A DNA stretch of 64,000 nucleotides from positions 325,004,001-325,068,000 of the forward strand of contig OZ024740.1 of the NCBI GenBank assembly GCA_964016885.1. The letters run 5' to 3'. The notes under the pieces are model-generated. The model searched no databases. It saw nothing but the letters and a program-made list of their open reading frames with translations, and was not told the origin of the DNA. The position numbers were made by a program, and so were the translations under genes. Shown here piece after piece: positions 28,220-43,012 of this stretch. How positions within the stretch are numbered: position 1 is the first letter of the stretch; each line of letters starts with the position of its first letter. This DNA comes from Eledone cirrhosa (taxonomy: Eukaryota).

Positions 28220-28596
28220 ATACAAAGAGATACACATGTAAAGTGTAAAAATGATGTAAGGAACTGCAACAAGTTTGTAATCCTGTTTTTGTAGCCATTG
28301 CAGCTTGAAATGTCGACCATATTGTGTTTTCTAGTCAGTTGAACAGTAAAACAGCCATTTTATGAGCAAATCTACAGCAGTATTTCTGAAGTCACAGAGC
28401 GAATTATTGGCCCGCTTATAACGCATCATTACTTATTACTACTGTTACTGCTCTTATTATTTTCTCTACCACACAAACAAACACACTCTCAATCAAACAC
28501 ATACATACACACACGCACACACTGACGCACACATAGAAACTCACACACTGTTGCATTGTTTACTCGTTGCCCTTTCTCCCGGTCTATCTGTCTGTC

Positions 28597-28676
<80 letters not shown>

Positions 28677-28856
28677 GTTCTCCTCCCGCTCTATCTATCT
28701 CTAACACTATCCCCCTTATTCTCATCTATTTTTTAAATATAATTGTATGTGCAGAGTTACAATATATGCATGCATACACACATACTCTCTCACACAAACA
28801 GTTCTAGTCCCGTAGAAAGCTTTTCTATATTAAATATGTATATATATATATATATG

Positions 28857-28891
<35 letters not shown>

Positions 28892-28991
28892 GTATATATA
28901 TATACATATATATATGTATGTATATATATATATGTATATATATATGTATATATATATATACATATATATATATACATATATATATATACAC

Positions 28992-29042
<51 letters not shown>

Positions 29043-29505
29043 TACACCCGCACAAATCCACTCAATCTACACATCTATATATGTATATACGCGAGTATTA
29101 TATGCATCTAATATACCAATGAACTTCCTTTGTATGTTGAAAGTCTTGTGCGCGTATGAATACATCATAGAGGTTTTCTTTGACAGAATCACCATTTTGT
29201 ATTAATATAATTGTTTGCTATCATATTCCATGGTATTCTTTAACTATTCTCTCATTCCTTATGCTGGAATCGTTTCCCTTTTACTTTTACTTCAAACCTT
29301 ACATTCTATTGAGTGGGAAGTGAGGAATATAATTCTATAGATGTTAGCGCCAAACGTGTCAGTTGTATAAAACATATTATGCACCTTAGAATTTCTTACC
29401 GACAAACAAACGCAAACCTCTCCTAAAACACACACACTCATATCACACACGCAGACATACATACAAACACACATACACACATACACCCACAGACACAGGC
29501 ACACA

Positions 29506-29576
<71 letters not shown>

Positions 29577-29631
29577 TTACATACATATATATGCATATAT
29601 ATATGTATATATATGTATGTATATATGTATA

Positions 29632-29662
<31 letters not shown>

Positions 29663-29750
29663 GTTTGTATGTGTGTATATGTATATGTTTGCATCTGCAT
29701 GTGAAAGCGTATATTTGTATGTGCAATATACATATATATGTATGTATATG

Positions 29751-29810
<60 letters not shown>

Positions 29811-30164
29811 GGTGTGTGTGTGTGTATCTGTTGCTTCTTTGTTTCTCCTTTACTTACACGTCTTTTCTCATGTTCTATATAACTGTTACAACATGGCTGC
29901 CGGATAATTCTTCAGAACTCCAGTTTCTAGAATGAAGTGAACGATGTTAAAATGTAAACCGTCTTACAGTATTGTCAATCTCCAGCCTATAGCACATACA
30001 TATTGTCTACAAGGAAACGATCCATTGAACTTATCAATCAGCCGGTTGACTGATGTGTTCACCAATGGCGGCAATGATCAGTGGATGCAATGTGATGAAT
30101 AGTAATACACAGAATAATCATGTCCTCTATAATAGGTTCATAACGTACAATTCGTCTTTGTAAG

Positions 30165-30195
<31 letters not shown>

Positions 30196-30462
30196 GTGTG
30201 TGTGTGTGCATACATACATATACAAACACATTCAGAAATGTTTTTATGAAGAAAAATGTTCAAGCCTTCCAGTTTTTGGTGTTATTTTGAAATACTGTAG
30301 TGTAACACAATAGCAGTCGAAAGTGTTGTGAATTGTGAAGACGCTATATGAAACCGTCTTCCTTTCTGAAGTAAATCCCTCCTCTTTTGTTTGTATTGTG
30401 TGCCCATTCAGTTAATATTTGAATACTTTTATGTATAATTTTACAAGAAATATCTACATTAA

Positions 30463-30562
<100 letters not shown>

Positions 30563-30796
30563 TTAGAAACACACAGATACATGCGGACACACACATATAT
30601 ACATGAATGCATCCGCACCCAACTGTGAGTTAAGGGTGCCAACTTCACCGATGTTGCTCAATGAATGACTGGGACAGACCAATTCAGTTTGAACTAGACT
30701 GAACCAGTATCAGAGTTAAAAATACATTATGAAGAGAGAAGAAACATTTAGATATAATTAGTAATAAAATGTATCATACCTAAACTGTTCCTAAAT

Positions 30797-30884
30797 TCCT
30801 CGACTACGTAGTTTCGTGGCATAAACAAAAACAATATATCAAAGATATAGAGTCCTTGCGAGGTCTGCCGACTTATCAAGAGGA
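30797..30884 (-). ncRNA. Hammerhead with U3-A8 core variant
   Basis: tcctc-TTGATAA-gtcggca...tgccac-GAAA-ctacgtag-TC-gagga; palindrome ACTACGTAGT. Confidence 0.7.
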
Positions 30885-31412
30885 TACCTCATTTTACTAG
30901 TCTCAAGAACGCGTCTACACGACGTGAGAAAGAATCCCAAAAGGCGGAGGGGGAGATAGTCACGCGATATAACGGTCGAGAAACAGAGCTAATATATATA
31001 TGCATATATATATATGCATATATATATATATATGCATATATATATATGCAAAATGAATAGAAAGAGGTGGGCGAAAAGAACGGAGAATAGGATGAATCAC
31101 CGGACAGTCCGTTCACACCAATGGACCGTTGGAGGTTCTTGTAGTTTCAGGTCTTTAAGGTCGATACGGCTTGATCCAGTAGATATATATGGACTTGAAA
31201 CAGAACAATTGGTCCTATTTACAAATAAGTGAAATTTGCTACAAACTAATGTGCTACAGCTGGAAATATGAAATAGAAGCAAAGCCCAAAATATTAGCCA
31301 AGAAAAAGTATGCATAGAGGGTGAAGTGAGAAGAGGAGGTGGATGAGATAGACAATATATAAACAGAGAACTTAGGCGGAAGGCGAAGAGAGAGAGAGGA
31401 GGGGAAAGACAC

Positions 31413-31470
<58 letters not shown>

Positions 31471-31594
31471 CACACATATATATATATTTATAAATATCTA
31501 TCCATGAAATGTAACGCGGAGTTACTGTAGATTCACCCGGGTGAGCATTCGATGCTTAGGATCACGTCAGTATCAGGGTGTAAAGTTAGACAGA

Positions 31595-31679
31595 GGTCCG
31601 ACGAGCTTTTGATTCCAGAGTCGAGCCAGATCGATACAGATCGAACCTTGAGCTGATTAGTTGCGAAACGCGCATCACC
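31595..31679 (+). ncRNA. Hammerhead with C4 core variant in cassette 31500-31740 (relatives 5600-5960, 40290-40500)
   Basis: ggt-CCGACGA-gc...gc-GAAA-cgcgca-TC-acc, then aataaa. Confidence 0.6.
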
Positions 31680-31747
31680 AACCAATAAACCTAATAAGGG
31701 AGTAACCATTCGTCCTTGTATTATTATATTGTATACACATATTGTAT

Positions 31748-31940
31748 AGGGCGGTGAATTGACAGTATCGGTAGAGGGTCAGACGCCATGCTTTGACGCA
31801 TAGAGTTACGGCCCTTGCTATTCTGAGTTCAAATCCCGCCGAGGTTAACTTTGCCATTCATCCCTACGGGGTCGATAAAATAAAGTACCAGTAATACACT
31901 GGGTAATTGTTGGCCTTGTGCCAAAAGTAGAAACAATTAT
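31748..31940 (+). mobile_element. Full-length SINE family A
   Basis: Complete head to tail; TSD-like attattatattgtatacaca. Confidence 0.85.
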
Positions 31941-31950
31941 TATATTGTAT

Positions 31951-31984
<34 letters not shown>

Positions 31985-32180
31985 GTATATATTGTTATAC
32001 TTGGGGAGGGTTATATTGTTGTAATAATATTGCCAGAAATAATAACAGAACACACTCACTGTTTGGTTGGTTTTCGCTTCTGTATCTTTTATATCTCCAC
32101 AGTTAATTCATTCGGTCCTCAATGTTTAAAATGGCGTAGATATACAATACATTTTTATTTAATAAAAATGGCGTAGATAT

Positions 32181-32223
<43 letters not shown>

Positions 32224-32768
32224 AGGGGGGAGGGGGTTGTGTGCACGGTGTGTCAGTACATATGTGTATGCGCATATATGTGACTGAGTGCGTAACACAT
32301 TCGTTCTTCAAAGCTTGCATGGATAAAACGCGTCATCTGATCTGGATATCGAACCCACGACATTATGGTTGGGAGCCCATCAACCCAGCTTCTTACCCAC
32401 TAGAATGGATGTCTCCTCCCTCACCCCTTCTCTCTCTGTATATATATATATTATATATATATGTATGTATTATATATATATATGTATTATTTATATACAT
32501 AAATGTAAATATACAAAAATTCTTACACACCTCCCTACATACATACATATAAATCCTATAAAGCACCAAACTCTATAGTTGGCATTTCAGTCTATTAGTA
32601 TGTTTATTAGAGTCTCCAGGGATTATTCCCTGTTACTGTTGGGATTAATGAGTAAGAGAGAGACACTGCAAAAGTATTAAATTATTTATCTTTGCCCTTT
32701 ACATATAATCTACACCATAATGTGTTCAATACTGGTAAACAACGGATTTCCTTTTCTACATTTATCTA

Positions 32769-32884
<116 letters not shown>

Positions 32885-32951
32885 AACACACCGCATCTTA
32901 AAGAGCAGATATAAACATAGGATATTGCTATTTATCGAGCTACACTACGCA

Positions 32952-33017
<66 letters not shown>

Positions 33018-33079
33018 ATATTATATATATATATATTATATATATATATATATGCACACACACGCACACACACACACAC

Positions 33080-33125
<46 letters not shown>

Positions 33126-33345
33126 CATATATATTTATACGCATTCATATATATATATTTATACGCATGCATATATAATTATATATATATATATTATATC
33201 ACCCATTCAAGAACATAGGCATGAACAGACATTCTGAGTTCAAATCCCGCTGAGGTTAAGTTTGCCTTTCATCCTTACGGGGTCGATAAAATAAAGTACC
33301 AGTAATGAACAGGGTGATTGCTGGCCTTGTGCCAAAAGTAGAAAC

Positions 33346-33409
<64 letters not shown>

Positions 33410-33418
33410 CTATGTATA

Positions 33419-33510
<92 letters not shown>

Positions 33511-33517
33511 CTATATA

Positions 33518-33572
<55 letters not shown>

Positions 33573-33589
33573 GTATATATAATATATAT

Positions 33590-33621
<32 letters not shown>

Positions 33622-33678
33622 ATATATATATATATATATAATATATATATATATATAATATATATATATATATATAAT

Positions 33679-33733
<55 letters not shown>

Positions 33734-33828
33734 ATATATATATATATATAATATATATATATATATATAATATATATATAATATAAATATATATAATATA
33801 TATATATAATATATAATATATAATATAT

Positions 33829-33859
<31 letters not shown>

Positions 33860-33876
33860 CTATATATATCTATATA

Positions 33877-33920
<44 letters not shown>

Positions 33921-33924
<4 letters not shown>

Positions 33925-34528
33925 TGGCTGCCAACTCGTTTTCGAGTACGGCCACTACTTTATATCCATCTAGGAGAACCCCTACCGATGCGCTGAACGA
34001 GTGTGACTTTTTAGTCCAGCCAGCGACTTGAAAACTCTGGTACAAACACTACACTTGTGACAATTATTAACACCTAGTGCTGGGCCCATGGTACCACGTG
34101 ACGACAAGTGCAGAGAGATCTCCAGATATAAAGCAATGCCTGTGCTGTGGAGCTTTTATAGTGAGCAAAGGCACTGCACAAAGCCAGTCCCACTATCTTA
34201 ACCAAGATGATATTTACCAAAAAGAAGAACAAGTCGACATCATTGGATACCATCAGGGTTGCAGGTGTTATATCAGAGTTTTCCTTCTCCTAGAATTCTA
34301 CCCTGACAAAGGCTAAGGGGTCATCTCTCCCGGTGATTTTGGATGGCCATTGACTCTTAAGAGCTCCTTTGCCTTTTGACAGGTTTTGTCTTTAGTCCTG
34401 CAGGATGTCCAAAGTACCCTCCTTACCAAGAAACCTTGGTGGGGTTGTCAGTTTAGTCGCCAACGACCCGATCATGAGACAGGTTGTACTGGGATACATG
34501 TTACCAGTAGCACCAACTAGTGACGTGA
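33921..34528 (-). mobile_element. About 605-bp RTE-derived non-autonomous retroposon, copy 1
   Basis: Highly similar to 60602-61205 in the opposite orientation; RTE-like tail gtagtggccgtactcgaaaacgagttggcagccacca. Confidence 0.85.
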
Positions 34529-34529
34529 C

Positions 34530-34581
<52 letters not shown>

Positions 34582-34611
34582 GGCAATTGCTATATATAAT
34601 ATATATATATA

Positions 34612-36190
34612 TATATTGTTATACTTTGGGAGGGTCATGTTGCCAATAAGAAACACACGCACCTGATGCTTTCACTCCAATTTATTATAAAGTAAATTAT
34701 AAATTGAAAAAATTTATAAATTTCAGGTTGGTTGGTTGGTTCCACAACCGGACGGTTGTTCATATATTGTCAAAGTTCCTTCGTCACACATTCTGTGACC
34801 TCTTCAATGACTGGGGATTCTTTTCTTTGTTTCTGTGCCTCTCCTTTGTTCTGTCCTACGCCATCTTGTTTTTGTGTGTGTTGTGTGCTTAGTTTGCGCA
34901 TGTGTTACATCCGGGTGTCTGTGTGTGTTTTTATTTGTTTATTTATTTGCTTATTTACATATTACTGGTTGGTTGTTTGTTCTATGTGTGTGTTTTCGTT
35001 TTGTCCTTAATTGTAAGTTGTGATGTTGCTATTCCATTCATGCTTTATATTTAATTTTGGTAAACATTGCGTCTTTTCTGTGTGTAGATTTTATTTTTAT
35101 TTCTATGTTCTCTAATTTGCCCTTATGTTTTATTTTAGCATGTTGGTGGAGTACTGATGATTCTTTTCTATCTTGAAGCTCTCGCCAGTGTTCATTTAAT
35201 CGTTCTCCTATATGAGCAGTCTCACCTATGTAACTATATTCTTATTTTTACATTGTCCTTCAGTACATCTTATGCTATATACTATGTTTCTAGTTTTACA
35301 GTTAATATGGGGGCTTAGTTTACAGATTATGCATTTCTTATCTATACAGGGAGATCCTTGAAAAGGGTATGTATTACTAATAAGTGTTTTTATGGAGGTA
35401 CCTGGTCTTTCTACTATCTTAATATTTAGTTTAAGTTTATCTAGGGCCCTTCTAAATGTGTAAGCTAGTTCACCTCTAGGGGTTGTATTGATGAACATTA
35501 GACTCTGGTATTTATTGCTATCATACCATGATTTTATTCTATTTACCTTATTCCTAGTTCTTTCCATTCTATTCCAAAATTTGCTCCTATACAAGGGGAA
35601 GGTCCTATTTGTATCATTATTTACCATTTTTTCCCATTTGGTTCTGGCTCCTCTATATACTCTGATTTTATCTCTCTGATTGTAACCAGAGAACTGCATA
35701 CGGTGGATGAATGTGTCTCTCTAGTTTGTTGTTATTAATAGTTTCTAACCAGCGCTCTGTGTCTAGTACAGGTAATCGAATACCTGTACTAGACACTGAG
35801 CTCTGGTTAGAAACCATTAATAACAAAAAACAAATCCTCCATTCCCATTATGCCAAACCCATGACTTCCAAATATCTGATCCACCGAAACTTAGCTGTTT
35901 CGGATCACACCAAAATCAACATACTGATTGCGGATTTAGTAAGGGTGATAAGGAACGTGTCCCGCATGTGCAGCCCCAAATAACTAGAGAGACACATACA
36001 ACACTTCATCCCCCGTATGCAGTTCTCTGGTTACAATCAGAGAGATAAAATCAGATTATATAGAGGAGCCAGAACCAAATGGGAAAAAATGGTAAATAAT
36101 GATACAAATGGGACCTGTATAGGAGCAAATTTTGGAATAGAATAGAAAGAACTAGGTATAAGGTTAATAGAATAAACTCATGGTATGAGT
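34612..36190 (-). mobile_element. Neptune-like PLE remnant with inverted 5' segment
   Basis: Minus 35120-35720: CIDKKCIIC..CKTRNIVYSIRC..YIGET. Plus 35750-36187: IPVLDTELW..HYAKP..RMQFSGY. HHR at 34769-34811. Confidence 0.85.
34769..34811 (-). ncRNA. Degenerate hammerhead in PLE pLTR
   Basis: gtca-TTGAAGA-g-gtcaca gaatg tgtgac-GAAG-gaac-TT-tgac. Confidence 0.6.
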
Positions 36191-36214
36191 TCCGCTAGTT
36201 TGTTTTCGATATAT

Positions 36215-36319
<105 letters not shown>

Positions 36320-36426
36320 CATGTATACATATATATATATATATATATTAGATATAATAAAACCATTGAAAAAACATTCAAGAAAAATCATTTTTTAGAC
36401 CTAGGCTACAGGACCCATGACACCCG

Positions 36427-38686
36427 GTGGCACAAACCGATTTTGAAAAACCAAAAATAATCAACCTTTCAAATACAAACCTCTCAGCCCAACAAGTTAA
36501 AATTCTCTCCAAAGGACTGAAATTCACACCAACACCACAATACTCTAACCTCAATGAAATAAATGACGATATCTCAAACTTCTGTAGAAAATTACGTCTC
36601 ACAGAGGAATTCATTGACGAGAAGAATAACTACCAATCAATTGTACGGAATAAAAGCAGCTACCATCCAACAAAACGTAGAAACAGAGTTCTAGACAAAT
36701 TTTGTGACCACATAGCTACTTTCCCATACCATGAACTACCGCAACCTAAACCCAAACCCAACACGAGTCGAAGGGATTAGGAGATTATCCATGAACTAAA
36801 AACCAATACCGACATTATAATTAAGGAAGCGGACAACGAAAGTACTGTTGTCATTATGGATGCTGAAAAATATAAAAATTCTATGTTCTCTCTCTTACAA
36901 AATACTAATTACTATGAAAGAGTAAAAAACTACCAGCAATAAAAAACAATGATCAGATTAAACACACTGATTTGTCAATACCAGGAAGACTTAACTAAAA
37001 AGGAACGCGATTATTTAACACATTTTGAATACAAAACCAGCCACCTTTACGGAATTCCGAAGATCCACAAGTGTAAATTAATTAACGATGCCTGTAAACA
37101 ATCCACCTCAGCTTGCGTCAACACACAATACCCCACAGACTTTAAATTAAGACCAATTGTAGCGGGCCCACAATGTGAAACACACAGACGGAGCAACTTT
37201 ATAGACATACTACTAAAACCAATTCTCAAACACATACCAAGCCTTGTAAGAGACGATCTGGATCTCTTAAACCACCTCCCCAAATATGTCAACAACGACA
37301 CTATTATTGTGTCTTTCGATCTAGTGAATCTCTACCCAACGATCCCACACCAATACGGACTAGAAGCAATAGGATTCTGGCTAGAGAAATATCCCAATGA
37401 GATACCTGGCAGAATAGAAAAAAGCTTCATCACCGAGGGATTAAAATTTATCTTACAGAACAACTTTTTTGATTTCGATGGCAGTACTTACAAGCAAATA
37501 TCGAGGACTGCGATGGGTACAAAAGCGGCTCCAACTTATGCCAACTTAGTCATGGCATACTTAGAGTCCAGATATATGAACAGTCCAAATCAAAATACGG
37601 ATTGAACTTCCACAAATATTTAACAGAGAATTGGAAACGCTACTTGGATGATTGTCTCATTCTTTCGTCCCACACACTCGACCAACTGAATGATTTCAAA
37701 AATTTAATTAACGGCATCAATAACCACATCTAATTCACAATAGAATACAGCCAAGATCAACTCCCATTTCTGGACATCTTAATCTTAAAAAAAGACACAA
37801 ATATTGAAACTGGCATACACTACAAACCAACAGATTCCAAACAATACCTGCTATTCACCTCCAACCATCCAAAGCACACGAAGACGAACATTCATTTTAA
37901 CCTAGCAAGAAGAATTTGCACAATTGTCTCCAATTATGAAACGCAAAATAAAAGACTTCAAGAATTAAATGAAATTCTACTCGAAAGACAGTACCCACCA
38001 TTACTAATAAATAATGGAATAGAAAGGGCTAAAGCAATAGGTAATGATGAATTACGAAAACAGAAACAAATTCAAGGTACGTCCAATATTCTATAATATA
38101 TCTCAACACACAACCCAAGAAATGCGGTAGCTTACAACAATATTTACAAGAACATCCCACTATTGAAACAAGACCCAAGAATGAAAAAAACCCTTGAATC
38201 ACACAAAATAATCAAAAGTAAAAGACAACCGAAATCATTGAAAACATTACTCACCAATGCCAAATTACCTACCACAAACCCTCAACCAACTATAAAAAAA
38301 TGTGGTCGCTCTAATCGTGGAACCTGCACTCACCTCATTGAAGGCAACACGTATACATTTCAATCAGGACAAAATTTTGCTGTAAAAAATCACTTCACTT
38401 GCTCATCAAAAAATCTACTTTATGCCATTAAATGTAAAGGATGCAATGAAGCTTATATAGGACAAACTAAACTCACACTCAGAAACAGAATGACAGTTCA
38501 TCGCCAACAATTACGAGATCCAGACAGATACCACTAAGCGCACATCTAGACATGCGCAAGTAATAAGACACCCAAATTCCAAGTCTTCCCATTTTACCTT
38601 TGCGCTGACAATACAACAGAAAAAATACGAATAAATAAGGAAAATATGTTTATTCAAAAATATAGACCAGCATTAAATATGGTTTA
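36427..38686 (+). pseudogene. PLE reverse transcriptase + GIY-YIG endonuclease, disrupted by stops and frameshifts
   Basis: IINLSN..LSKGLKFTPTP; IKEAD; LYGIPKIHK; LRPIV; FDLVNLYPTIP; TAMGTKAAPTYANL; RYLDD (~37638); LPFLD; LLYAIKCKGCNEAYIGQT...RMTVH. Confidence 0.92.
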
Positions 38687-39015
38687 ACATACATTATGTC
38701 AACACCATAACATGCTAACCATCCAAACAGACACATACACACACACATAACACCTTCTACTTTAGAAAATAAAAGCCCGAACTAAATAAACCTTAACATA
38801 CGTTTGCGCTGACAATACAACAGACGAAATGAAATAAGGAAAATATGTTCATATCAAAAAATGCTACTAACGGAATCATTTTCCTACACACACACACACA
38901 CACACAACATATATATTCTCTTCATCTTAACATGCTAACCATACTCCCACACACACATAACACCCATACACACACACATAACACCCACCCATGTCTACAA
39001 ATAGAATCATCTTCC

Positions 39016-39074
<59 letters not shown>

Positions 39075-39254
39075 GCACACAAATAAACATACATATCTCT
39101 ACTTTCTTTATTTCAATAGAAAGTCTGAATTCTGACACCCCAGCGAACCAGCCATATTCACTGAACCAGACCAACTCTCCCATCCCATTTCTCTTGACCA
39201 TTATCTTTTGTTTGTCATAAAATTCTCTAAAAGGCTACAAAATAAATTACCAAA

Positions 39255-39605
39255 TACGGGCGCGAAATTTAAGGAACTTGTTCACGTGACAGCCATAATT
39301 TCATTTATAACCAATCAAATTACATTTATTTAAAAAAAGCCTTCGTGAGCCCCTTTTTAAGTAAAAAGAAATTCAAACAAACTGGCGCGAAAGCTGATGT
39401 GCTTATTCACGTGACTGCATCAACCAACCAAACTTCACTCATATATGAAAAAACAACCTGAGCCCCCCCCCCCATGTTTGAAGAACTCTGTAACGCGAAC
39501 TGGCGCGAAATGTATTTTACTTATTGACCAACCAATCAAGTTACTTCTCTAAAAACCTGGCGTTTCGAGCCACTTTTTCCATATAAAACAAGCAACATTC
39601 AAAGA
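39255..39605 (+). promoter_or_regulatory. Three ~120-bp degenerate repeats with E2F-like, E-box, CCAAT and CHR-like motifs in the pLTR
   Basis: GGCGCGAAA at 39259, 39384, 39502; CACGTGAC at 39283, 39408; CCAATCA at 39311, 39532; TTCAAA at 39372, 39598. Confidence 0.5.
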
Positions 39606-39650
39606 GCAACCAGATATGAGAAAAACCATAGACCCTCCATCACAAGTCTA

Positions 39651-39686
39651 CTTTTGAAAAGCAGAAGAACTGCGAAACCGGTAAAG
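39651..39686 (+). ncRNA. Minimal hammerhead, U3-A8 core variant, in PLE pLTR
   Basis: ctt-TTGAAAA-gcag aagaa ctgc-GAAA-ccgg-TA-aag. Confidence 0.75.
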
Positions 39687-39881
39687 GAACCAAATAAATA
39701 TATATATTTTTTTTAAATAAGACTCCAGTTGCATTTTCGATTTCATCTTTTTTTCTCTATATATATATATATATATTTGTGTGTATGAATGTAAGTAAAA
39801 AGTAAACAGAAATAACAACACAAACGGGACAGTATATGGAAGGTATATATTAAGTTAACGCTTGATATAGCAGGAAGGAGG

Positions 39882-39917
39882 TCTTAACGTTTCGGACGCT
39901 AGTCCTTCATCAGAAGA
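39882..39917 (-). ncRNA. Minimal hammerhead (H1 copy 3, best preserved)
   Basis: tctt-CTGATGA-a-ggac tagc gtcc-GAAA-cg-TT-aaga. Confidence 0.8.
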
Positions 39918-40373
39918 AAGAATGAGAAATAAGATAGATTGAGGGAACGGGCAGGATGGAATTGGAAAAATGTCTTTAGATAAAAATAACAGGTCCATTC
40001 ATGTTGACATCTCTGGCAAAACTGTTGGTGCTGCGGTTTTGTGTATGATTTTTTTTTAGAAAAGTGGATGATGGAGCGCGTCTACCTGAAATGGAAAAAA
40101 AAACGTTTTGTGAAAAGAGCTACACTTGAGCACATGCGTAAGCATGTTTGTGTGTGAGTGTGTGTGTGTGTGTGTGTTATTATACGTCCGTACGAAGCTA
40201 GGAAGAAATGTGTGTGTATATGTGAGTAAAAGAGTGTGTGTGCATGTAAGTACGAAGCTATAAGCAAAATATGTTAACATATATAGGTATTAAAGGTGCA
40301 AATTAAATGCGTCCGTAGGAGGTATGCCGAATGAGCACTGGATGCTCTTAGAGAACAGAGTTTACATGTTAAC

Positions 40374-40465
40374 ACATATCTAAGGAGCTTCCGATTCCCG
40401 AGTCAAGTTCGATCATAAATAGATAGTTCCTCGAGCTGATCGACACTGAAACATATGTAATATGT
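40374..40465 (+). ncRNA. Degenerate hammerhead (G5>A), homologous to the 31595 cassette
   Basis: acatat-CTAAGGA-gc...-GAAA-catatg-TA-atatgt. Confidence 0.6.
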
Positions 40466-40586
40466 AACTAAATATGTATATGTTGCAACACTGATTCTTT
40501 GTTCCATTATGTATTAATATTATATATATATATATATATAGTAATAATAAATGTGAAGACTAAAATCCGAAGAGGGCTCGATAAGG

Positions 40587-40643
<57 letters not shown>

Positions 40644-40808
40644 AAGTTTGTCCTCACCAGTGGCCATCCAACCGTCGTAGGCATTTCGTCGCATTAAAGG
40701 CCATATACCTCAGGTTGGTGCGAGCAACGGCTAAAAAAAGTCGTTGGGACACGTAAAGAAAGGGGACGCTAGGGTAAACAAACAAAATGGTTAAAGCAGC
40801 AGAAAGAG

Positions 40809-40879
<71 letters not shown>

Positions 40880-41007
40880 AATATATATATAAAACCCGTA
40901 GAGCAAATATTCATTATAAGAACAGATTAAAGTTTAAGCAAAGAAGTTTCAGAAGATCCCATGAAGGGTGAAAGCAGCGATTCTTCACTTAAACTTTAAT
41001 CTGTTCT

Positions 41008-41047
<40 letters not shown>

Positions 41048-41050
<3 letters not shown>

Positions 41051-42945
41051 CAAAAGGGATATTCAATTTGTTGGTAATTCAACAACTATAAATGTTTATA
41101 ACTGATTCAGAGCACTCGACACGATTTCTGGAGTAACGCTGGTATAACCATAAACACTCATTTAAGAGATCCGATAAAAAATCTTCCGCTTCACTTTCAC
41201 ATTTAATTTGGAACTTAAAAGACAACAATATAGACTATTCAATATCTTGGGGAACGATTTCGAAAGCACCTCCATACCGAAATCTGGCTTTCTCAAGTTT
41301 CTGTAACTTGTGTATCGAGGAAATTTTTTATATAATTAACTGCCAAACCTCTATTAATCTTAAAACAGAATTATTTTCTTCTTGCAGACATCGCCAAAAT
41401 TCCACTTTCAGAAGTATTTTTAATTTATGATATTCATTACACTTGACTATATCTTATACACCTTCAAAATGATCCTATTTTCTTTAAAAATTTAAATTTA
41501 AATGTAAATTCTTTTAAATGATCTTCCTTCTTAATTTTTTAATATTTCTACTATTTTTATCTTTTGACATTAATTTTTTTAATATATATATTTTTAACTA
41601 TTTTTTACTTCTGACATTATTATTTTCCTAATGATACCCCTCTAAATATATTGTCTTTAGGTGTAGATTGATAATCTTTAATTGACATTCTGAAAATTTA
41701 TCCTCTTTACGATAGTTCTTCAAAATGCACATTACGTTTTCCTCTCCTTTTGATCTTGAAACTTTCACACTTCTTTCGACTAAAATAATTAATCTCACTC
41801 GAAATAATATATAATTTTCTCTATATATTTTCTGAGTAAATCATTCATCAAATTTAACGGTTAACAAACAAGATTGGAGTTATCTTTCCCTTTTCAAGCG
41901 TGCAAACATAAACAAGATATATGTACGATAAACTATATAACTTCGCTAAATTAACAATATTCTGAAAACATTTTCAATGTTGGAACAAAATATTCGAATC
42001 TACAAATTGTTCTCCTCTTACAACTTGAACCACCTGTTTTTTTTATGTAAAATGCAAAATCAACATACTTCGTAACTCATATTAGAAATGTAAACAACTA
42101 ATAATTGTAAATTATTTCTATTATTATTTTTATTTTTATTTTTATTTTTATTTTTATTTTTATTTTTATTTTTATTTTTATTTTTATTTTTATTTTTATT
42201 TTTATTTTTATTTTTATTTTTATTTTTATTTTTATTTCTATTTCTATAATACTTATACATGCACAATTATTAATATATATAGATATTTATATATTTATAC
42301 CCTATTGTAATGTAATAAGATAAAATATACTTACAACCATAATTCTTCATATAATCTAATTGATTATATATACAATATTATAACTCATAATATAGCTAAA
42401 TAAATTTAAATTCTGGAATCATATTCCACCATTCCCCCAAATTGTTAATTCTTTTTAAATTAACGTAAATACAAGCTCTTCTTCCTTTTTCTTCTTCCTA
42501 CTCATACATAGATATTTAAATTCTGCATAGCGTCTAAAATAACATTTTTTTAGCCCTTACCTGAACCTCATTTGAATACTCATCTTAATAATTTGAAATA
42601 TCTGACTTTTCTTCTCTTATCCCTTCACTATCCAAGGAAAACTTAAACCGTTGAGGTATTTTTTCTTGGTTATGTCAAAATTTATAAAACAAACTTTGTA
42701 TATATATATATATGACATAACATCAACAACTGACAATATCAGAAGGTAAAAATAACCGTTAACAACTTTACTCTGATATTATTTTATCTCCAAGAAAAAC
42801 TTTATTTTTTAAATATTTTCTATGGATTGCTTCTAACTGTCTGAAGAGGTCAGAGTTGTTGAATTGGGGCTAATCGAAATATATATAACGGTAATGAAAG
42901 AATCAAATTATGAAATGTTGACTAATACCACTTGTTTATATTCAT
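41048..42945 (+). mobile_element. Hydra-clade-like PLE 3' remnant with long AT-rich 3' UTR, absent from the ORF track
   Basis: Manual translation 41180-41410: SSASLSHLIWNLKDNNIDYSISWGTISKAPPY...CNLCIEE...NLKTELFSSCRH; HHR at 42836-42892. Confidence 0.8.
42836..42892 (+). ncRNA. Minimal hammerhead in pLTR
   Basis: actgt-CTGAAGA-ggtcag...ctaatc-GAAA-tatata-TA-acggt. Confidence 0.65.
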
Positions 42946-42950
42946 ATATG

Positions 42951-43012
<62 letters not shown>

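Larger units (their letters stand above)
36350..39760 (+). mobile_element. Near full-length Neptune-like Penelope element with 3' pLTR
   Basis: Coding region ~36427-38686, then (CA)n UTR, promoter-like repeats and HHR; inserted in (TA)n. Confidence 0.9.

Noticed and set aside
36427-38686. Selenocysteine recoding as in Naiad PLEs, or telomerase RT
   Set aside because: The interruptions I read are TAG/TAA stops and frameshifts rather than in-frame TGA, and the GIY-YIG is C-terminal.
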